Made by a program: the position numbers and the translations under genes. From the NCBI GenBank assembly GCA_964019335.1, contig OZ025676.1, positions 1 through 64,000 on the forward strand: DNA of 64,000 nucleotides. Direction: 5' to 3'. Every line of letters starts with the position of its first letter. Position 1 is the first letter of the stretch. Below, one piece after another: positions 58,880-64,000 of this stretch. The DNA is from Diplonema japonicum. Lineage: Eukaryota; Protista; Euglenozoa: Diplonemea. Below the pieces are notes generated by a model. It had not been told where the DNA came from, ran no database searches, and saw nothing but the letters and a program-made list of their open reading frames with translations.

Positions 58880-60967
58880 TCACAACATCCCATTCACTGG
58901 GACCACCTCAAGATTATCGATGATGGGTTTTACTTCAGCATCCTTGTTCTTGAAGGCCTCGACAGCCTCCTTCAGGTACTGTGGGCAAGGCTCCACCAGA
59001 GGCAACAGAGCATACAGCAGTGACTCGTAAGAGTCAAGCTGCTCCTGCTGGGACAGGATCCTGTTAACGCACTGTGTGTTCGATGCCTGCAGTGCTTTAG
59101 TCTTGTGGGACTCGATGATGTTCGCCTCTATTTTAATAGAGCTAATGGTGTGGTTCAGACTGGTGATCTGGTTCCTGTATGTTTGGAGGGTGCTTTTCAG
59201 CTCCTCGTTTTGTGCAGCCAACACCTTCTTGTCATAGTTCCCGAGTACTTCCGTCTCTAGCTTCCCCACGGCTTCCTTGTAGCCGTGTATTTCGTTCTTC
59301 AGCCCTGTTATCTCCAGCTGTGTCACTTCTTTACACTGCAACAGAGACTCTACGGCCTCCTCCTTCGTCGTCACTGCACCGTCGAACCTCTTAGTGATGG
59401 ACGTGAGCTCAGAGATGAGTTTCTTGTTGCTGCTGTCATAATCGCTGCACATGGCCCTGTGCTGTATCAAGCTGTCGTGTTCCCTTTTCCGCAGAAGGCG
59501 GATTTCGCTACCGGAGGTGATTTTGTGCTGCTCGAAGTCTGCTGCGAGTTTTTCTAGCTCTTTCGCTTTCTCGGAGGCCTGCTGCTTGAACTCTTCCTTT
59601 TCATGCCACGTCAGCAGCTCAGCGTCTTTGTTCATTTTCTCTTTCTCCGCAGCTTCTGCGTTCAACCTGCAAATTTGAGTTTGTGCTTCGTTCAGCTTGA
59701 TGCTCAGCTCTGTTTCCTTCTTCTCCGACAAGCACTGCAACTCCTCGTAGCTGTGCGTGGCAATCCTGAGCTCTTCCTTAAGCCGCTCGACGTCACCCAT
59801 TAGGAGTGTTATTTTCTGCGTCATGTCCGTCTGGCTCGCCTTCACCTGCCCATTCACCTTTGTGTACTCCAGCAGCAGCTCCTCGTGTTCCTGCTTTAGA
59901 GTACCGTACTTCTGCGTAGCCTCTACACCAGCCTCGTGGTGCTTCTGTCGCAAGGCATCGTACAAACCCTCGAACTTGCCCTTTTCTTCCATCAGGCTTT
60001 CGATTTTGAGGTTTGCCTCCATGTCATCACGCAGCTTGTCTTCTTCCAAGGCTGTCAGCTTCCTCTCCAGCGTCTTCACGTCGGTGCGGAGCTGCGTCTC
60101 TGTCTTGTGCCACTCTGCTTCCTTCTTCTTCTGTTCCAGCATCAGCGTGAAGGTCCTTTCCTTCATGCTGTCTATCTCCGTTGCAGACATGTCGGTCACG
60201 TTCTTCTCGGCATCCAGGAGGCCAGCGCACTCCGCCAGACGGTCTTTCAGCTCCTTCTCAATGCTGCTGAACTTCAGCAGATCTGACTGTGCTGATGTTT
60301 CTAACTTCAGGACGTTCAGCTCCATGTCTGACACGGTCTTCTCCGCCCGGGAACGCACGTCTCTGGCTTCCTCCAGTTGCGTTCTCGTGAGCTCCAGCTC
60401 TGTATCCTTATGTTCCACCTGTTCCTTGAACAGCTTTAGCAGCAGTGTGTCCTTTTGGTTCTCTATGTCTGCCTTATCACAACGTACATTCGCCTCTTTC
60501 AGTCCTTTATTTGCCTTGTCAAGGCACTCTTGGAGCTTTTGGAGAGCACTTGTATGGTGCACGTCCTGTCTTTCGAGCTTCTTGTTCAGTTCTATGGTCT
60601 GCTCGTTCAGGGTGTCCCTCTCAGCGCATAATGACTTGTACTTTATTTCCATTGCTCGAGCTGTTTCGTCCACAAACCCGCACTCTGCTTGCAGCCTTTG
60701 AATCTCCTCGTTCTTAGTCTTGATGACACCCTCCATGTCGCGCAATGTGTCCTTGTGTGCGGTGTCCACGCGGCATGCTTCTTCCTTCAGCGACGCCGCC
60801 TCTTTTGCCATAAGATCAGCCACGACCTTCGCATCCTTCACGTTCTCGTGTGCACGTGCCACTTCGTTCTTTCTGTACTCCACCTCATTGTCTATCCGCT
60901 GCTCCCTTTGCAAAGTTCCTTCTACTGCTTCAAGCCTCTTCAGTTCTTCTTCAGGTGTCTCATCCAT
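58880..60967 (-). CDS. Long coiled-coil protein
   Basis: About 695-aa Glu/Lys/Leu heptad-rich single-exon frame. Confidence 0.8.
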   Translation of the reverse strand: MDETPEEELKRLEAVEGTLQREQRIDNEVEYRKNEVARAHENVKDAKVVADLMAKEAASLKEEACRVDTAHKDTLRDMEGVIKTKNEEIQRLQAECGFVDETARAMEIKYKSLCAERDTLNEQTIELNKKLERQDVHHTSALQKLQECLDKANKGLKEANVRCDKADIENQKDTLLLKLFKEQVEHKDTELELTRTQLEEARDVRSRAEKTVSDMELNVLKLETSAQSDLLKFSSIEKELKDRLAECAGLLDAEKNVTDMSATEIDSMKERTFTLMLEQKKKEAEWHKTETQLRTDVKTLERKLTALEEDKLRDDMEANLKIESLMEEKGKFEGLYDALRQKHHEAGVEATQKYGTLKQEHEELLLEYTKVNGQVKASQTDMTQKITLLMGDVERLKEELRIATHSYEELQCLSEKKETELSIKLNEAQTQICRLNAEAAEKEKMNKDAELLTWHEKEEFKQQASEKAKELEKLAADFEQHKITSGSEIRLLRKREHDSLIQHRAMCSDYDSSNKKLISELTSITKRFDGAVTTKEEAVESLLQCKEVTQLEITGLKNEIHGYKEAVGKLETEVLGNYDKKVLAAQNEELKSTLQTYRNQITSLNHTISSIKIEANIIESHKTKALQASNTQCVNRILSQQEQLDSYESLLYALLPLVEPCPQYLKEAVEAFKNKDAEVKPIIDNLEVVPVNGML

Positions 60968-61049
60968 ACCTACGGTATTTTGTGGCACTGCAACAACTAG
61001 AATGTATACTAAAGCATGAATTAAAAAGTGTCTAAGTTGTAATTCTGTA

Positions 61050-63316
61050 CTAGCCGCCGAGTGCTTCTAAACGTCTTAGCAGCTCTGCGTTGGTGTCCCG
61101 CAGAGCAGCCACCTGTCTTTCGTTGCTGCTCAGCTTGTTTGTCAATGACTCTATGATCTTATCCTGCAAAGAATATGATTGTATATCATGCCACCGCAGC
61201 ATACCTTTTGACTGAGTGCTTTGTCACTGACAACCTTCTCGTACTTCGCCTTCAGAGCATTATGTTTTCTTGCTAAACTTGTCAGCTCTTCTTTCAAGGC
61301 TTCTGCCTGTTTGGCTTGCCCGTCATTATGGACATTGCACTCTTTCAGTGCCTTCACCTGTGCTTTAGCATGCTCACAAGCATCTTCATGCATGCGTGCC
61401 TCTGCGGCCAACTCTTGCTCTCTGACACCCATCTTTGTTACTTGCTGGATAAGCTCGCTCCTGTCTCTTTCCCAAGATATTTGCTTTTTCCTGAACCCTT
61501 CTTCCAATGCTTGTATCGCAGACTCGTGTTTGCTTTGTGCATGTTCTGTGCATGATAAAAGATCTAAATTCTTCTTCTCAAGTGTGGCCATCTCCTTGTT
61601 CAGGTGACTCCTGAGACTATCGAGGTCACGGGCCTCTGCCTCGCTTTTCTCCTTCTCTTTCTGGACGTACTTCATCTCTGTTTCCATCCGTGCTATCGCC
61701 AACTTTGAAGCACCCACCTCCTTTTTGCTCTGCTTCGTCTCGCACTCCAGGTGGTTAGCCTTCTTGACGTACTCGGCGTTCCATTGCTCGAGAAGCAGAT
61801 CTTTCTGCTCCAGTTTCTTCACGAGCTGCTGCTCTCTCCTTGAGCGCTCAGCGTTGATGGCCGTCAGGTGTGACTTCTCTACTTCATAGCTAGCGCAGGT
61901 GTCCCGCAGTTCGCATATTGCTTTGTCCCGCTCCCTTTCACACTGTGCTAGTACTGCCACCAGGTCCCGGGCTCCCTTCTTGGTAGTAGCTTCGCGAACT
62001 TCACGCGTACTGTTCCCCATGCTACACGACCTCTTTAGCCTAGCTAGCTCATGGTTGCACTTTTGCAGCTCGGTCTCAGCATGTTCCGCTTTCTTCTCAA
62101 GAAGCGCACGTGCTTTGACTTCCTGCTGCAACCTATTCTTGAGATGCTCTTTGTCAAGGTTGCTGAACTTGTTCTTAGGCCCAACACCGTCGGACTCATA
62201 CAAGAAGAGCTTCTCCTCTGTCTTAAGAAGGAGTTCTTGTAAGTCTCTGAACAAGTGCTCTTTCTGTTGCAAAGCAGATGCAGTACGCCGCCTTTCCTGT
62301 TCAACTGACGTGAACTTGTCGGCTTTGACCTCAGTCTGCTTGCACCTGTCACGCAGTTTACCGTTCTCAGCCTGGAGCGCTGCAATGGTCGTCTGGAACT
62401 GCTTTAACTTGCCTTCTTTTGAGAAGGCACGCTTTGTGGACCTCACTTTTTTCTGAATTTCTTTATTCAGCCTTTCGTTGATCGCTGCTTTGTGGGCCTG
62501 TTCTGCCTCGAGCTGTTCTGTGAGATGAGTGCGCTCCTCTTCGAGTGTCTCAATTCGATACATCAGCTCAGCGAGCTCCGGGCTGCTGTGCGGCACTGCA
62601 GCTTCCTTCATCGTGTTGAAATTATTGACCGTGTTGTAGGTCCTGCTGTTATTGATGTGGATGTTGTTCTGCGCAGTACGGGGGTGCGATTTGCGTTTCT
62701 TTTTCTGCTCTTGGTACGGTGCTATGATGTGCTGAAGGGTTGCGGAGTCGTACCCAGCTCCCTTTTTGTACCGTGGTGAACTTTCGTAGCCGTCACTTAT
62801 GTCGTCGTCGATGGGCTTCTTGGGGGTCATAGGTGGGAGGTGGTCCAGGTCGTCGCGTTGCTGCCTCTTGAGCCGCAACACCTGAGTGGCCTTTCTTGAC
62901 AGCGTGTTGCTAGTCATCGTTGAGGTCTTCTTCAGCAGGGATTGCTCATTGACGGGTACTTCAAACGCCGTTCCGAACCTCTTCTGTGCTTTCGATGCTT
63001 CGACAGCATAGATGTGCTTCTTGCTCGTAGCCTTGAAGTGTGTACTATGAACCAACCCTTTACAGTGCTTATCCTTCTGGGCGTCATACGATGGAATCCC
63101 AGCGTTGGGTGTTGCGTCCCACCCTGCTGCCGACTTGGCGCTCTCCTTTCTTAATTTGTGCCCGCCTTGATACCCCCTCTTGACCTTGTCCATCACGCTC
63201 CCGTCAATCCCCTCCAGGCTCAGTATCCCTTTGTCTCCCTTTGCTGTTCTGTCCTTCACCCACTTAGACAGATCACTGTTCGTGTTGTCTTGGTCCCAAC
63301 ATTCCATCGCTTCCAT
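61050..63316 (-). CDS. Long coiled-coil protein (1 intron near the 3' end)
   Basis: Heptad-rich frame; LSQK|DKIIES...ALGG*. Confidence 0.78.
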
Positions 63317-63377
63317 CTTCACCTGCAATGCCTTCGAAGTGTTCACAGATGAGAAAAGAAGTACAGAAAAACTCAAC

Positions 63378-63710
63378 CTAAAGTGAAGGTTCAGATTCAA
63401 TTTTTGGGTGCCTGAGAGTGTTTCATGCAATGGGAAGCGCATACCTCGGTCGGGCCGGAACAACCCTAGGTACCACAATGGGTTCTTGCCTCTCAGTTTT
63501 GCGCTGTTTGTTCTTCTGTCTCACTGACTTCTTCTCTTTTTCGTTCCTGTCGTGCAGCTTATTACTTAACCACACGAACAAGAATAACGCCAAGACAAAC
63601 CCCGCCGACAGCAGCACAGACTGGGTGGGTGACAGTTCCTCCTCAACCTCATTCATGCGAGTGCAGCTCGCCAGCCACGTACACGCCAACACAACTAGAG
63701 TTTTCGACAT
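63378..63710 (-). CDS. Small type I membrane protein (signal peptide plus 1 TM; 1 intron)
   Basis: MSKTLVVLAC...LLSAGFVLALFLFVWL followed by a basic tail. Confidence 0.6.
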
Positions 63711-63800
63711 TTTAACGTGTACCAACCTGTGCTGTGGCTTGTAAATTATAGTTCGGCTAAGGTCGTAGTCATAGTACACAAATATCTAATATAAGATATT

Positions 63801-64000
63801 CTATCTAGATGGAGACCTGTGACGGGTGCTCGCCACTGTACAAGGCACCCACGAATCGTCTACAAGTACCTCAGCACGGCTGCCTCTTGGGGACACAGAA
63901 TCACACACATTGCTCGTTTCGATCAGCCACCCAGTGGGAGCCTCCCAAAGGGTACGTTTCCCACATATCCAAATTGGGATTTCTCTGTCTTCCTGCAGTA
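63801..64000 (-). CDS. 3' end of a gene entering from outside the window
   Basis: Open minus-strand frame LQEDREIPIW...RSPSR*. Confidence 0.45.
   Translation of the reverse strand, partial: LQEDREIPIWICGKRTLWEAPTGWLIETSNVCDSVSPRGSRAEVLVDDSWVPCTVASTRHRSPSR

Noticed and set aside
36408-60701. Long plus-strand ORFs such as 36408..37097, 40182..41207 and 59757..60701
   Set aside because: They fully overlap well-supported minus-strand genes and have no motifs; antisense shadows.
63355-63372. Spliced-leader-like sequence (TTTCTGTACTT on the minus strand)
   Set aside because: Only a short match, without the rest of the SL exon or its GT donor.

Overview
Eukaryotic, most likely euglenozoan (probably diplonemid-like) genomic DNA. 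Support: a centrin closely resembling kinetoplastid centrin-4, a paraflagellar-rod-domain protein and a PCTAIRE/CRK1-type CDK. About 42 protein genes are all on the minus strand, often only 50-150 bp apart. Many have a T/C-rich tract plus CAG just before the ATG, consistent with polycistronic transcription and trans-splicing. Unlike trypanosomatids, most genes carry tiny (about 30-52 nt) GT-AG cis-introns with a GTATG donor, and several lack a polypyrimidine tract. Gene models were spliced by eye. The ORF track misses two mobile-element systems. (1) A 5'-truncated CRE/SLACS-type non-LTR retrotransposon (zinc knuckle plus restriction-like endonuclease) lies between two (GGGTTTGC)n arrays, and its ORF reads without a stop into the repeat. 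(2) A family of tail-less, variably 5'-truncated retroposon insertions has 6-7 bp A/T-rich target-site duplications, a covarying 3' stem-loop and a possible Penelope-like GIY-YIG C-terminus; three copies sit about 40 nt upstream of predicted trans-splice acceptors. Unusual proteins include sirtuin-ZPR1, PRXL2-like/UNC-93 and BRCT-PFR fusions, a natural T14A/Y15F CDK, an S-V-Y MAPK, a GYGR potassium channel and two bacterial-like genes that have gained introns. All family assignments come from motif recognition, not database searches.
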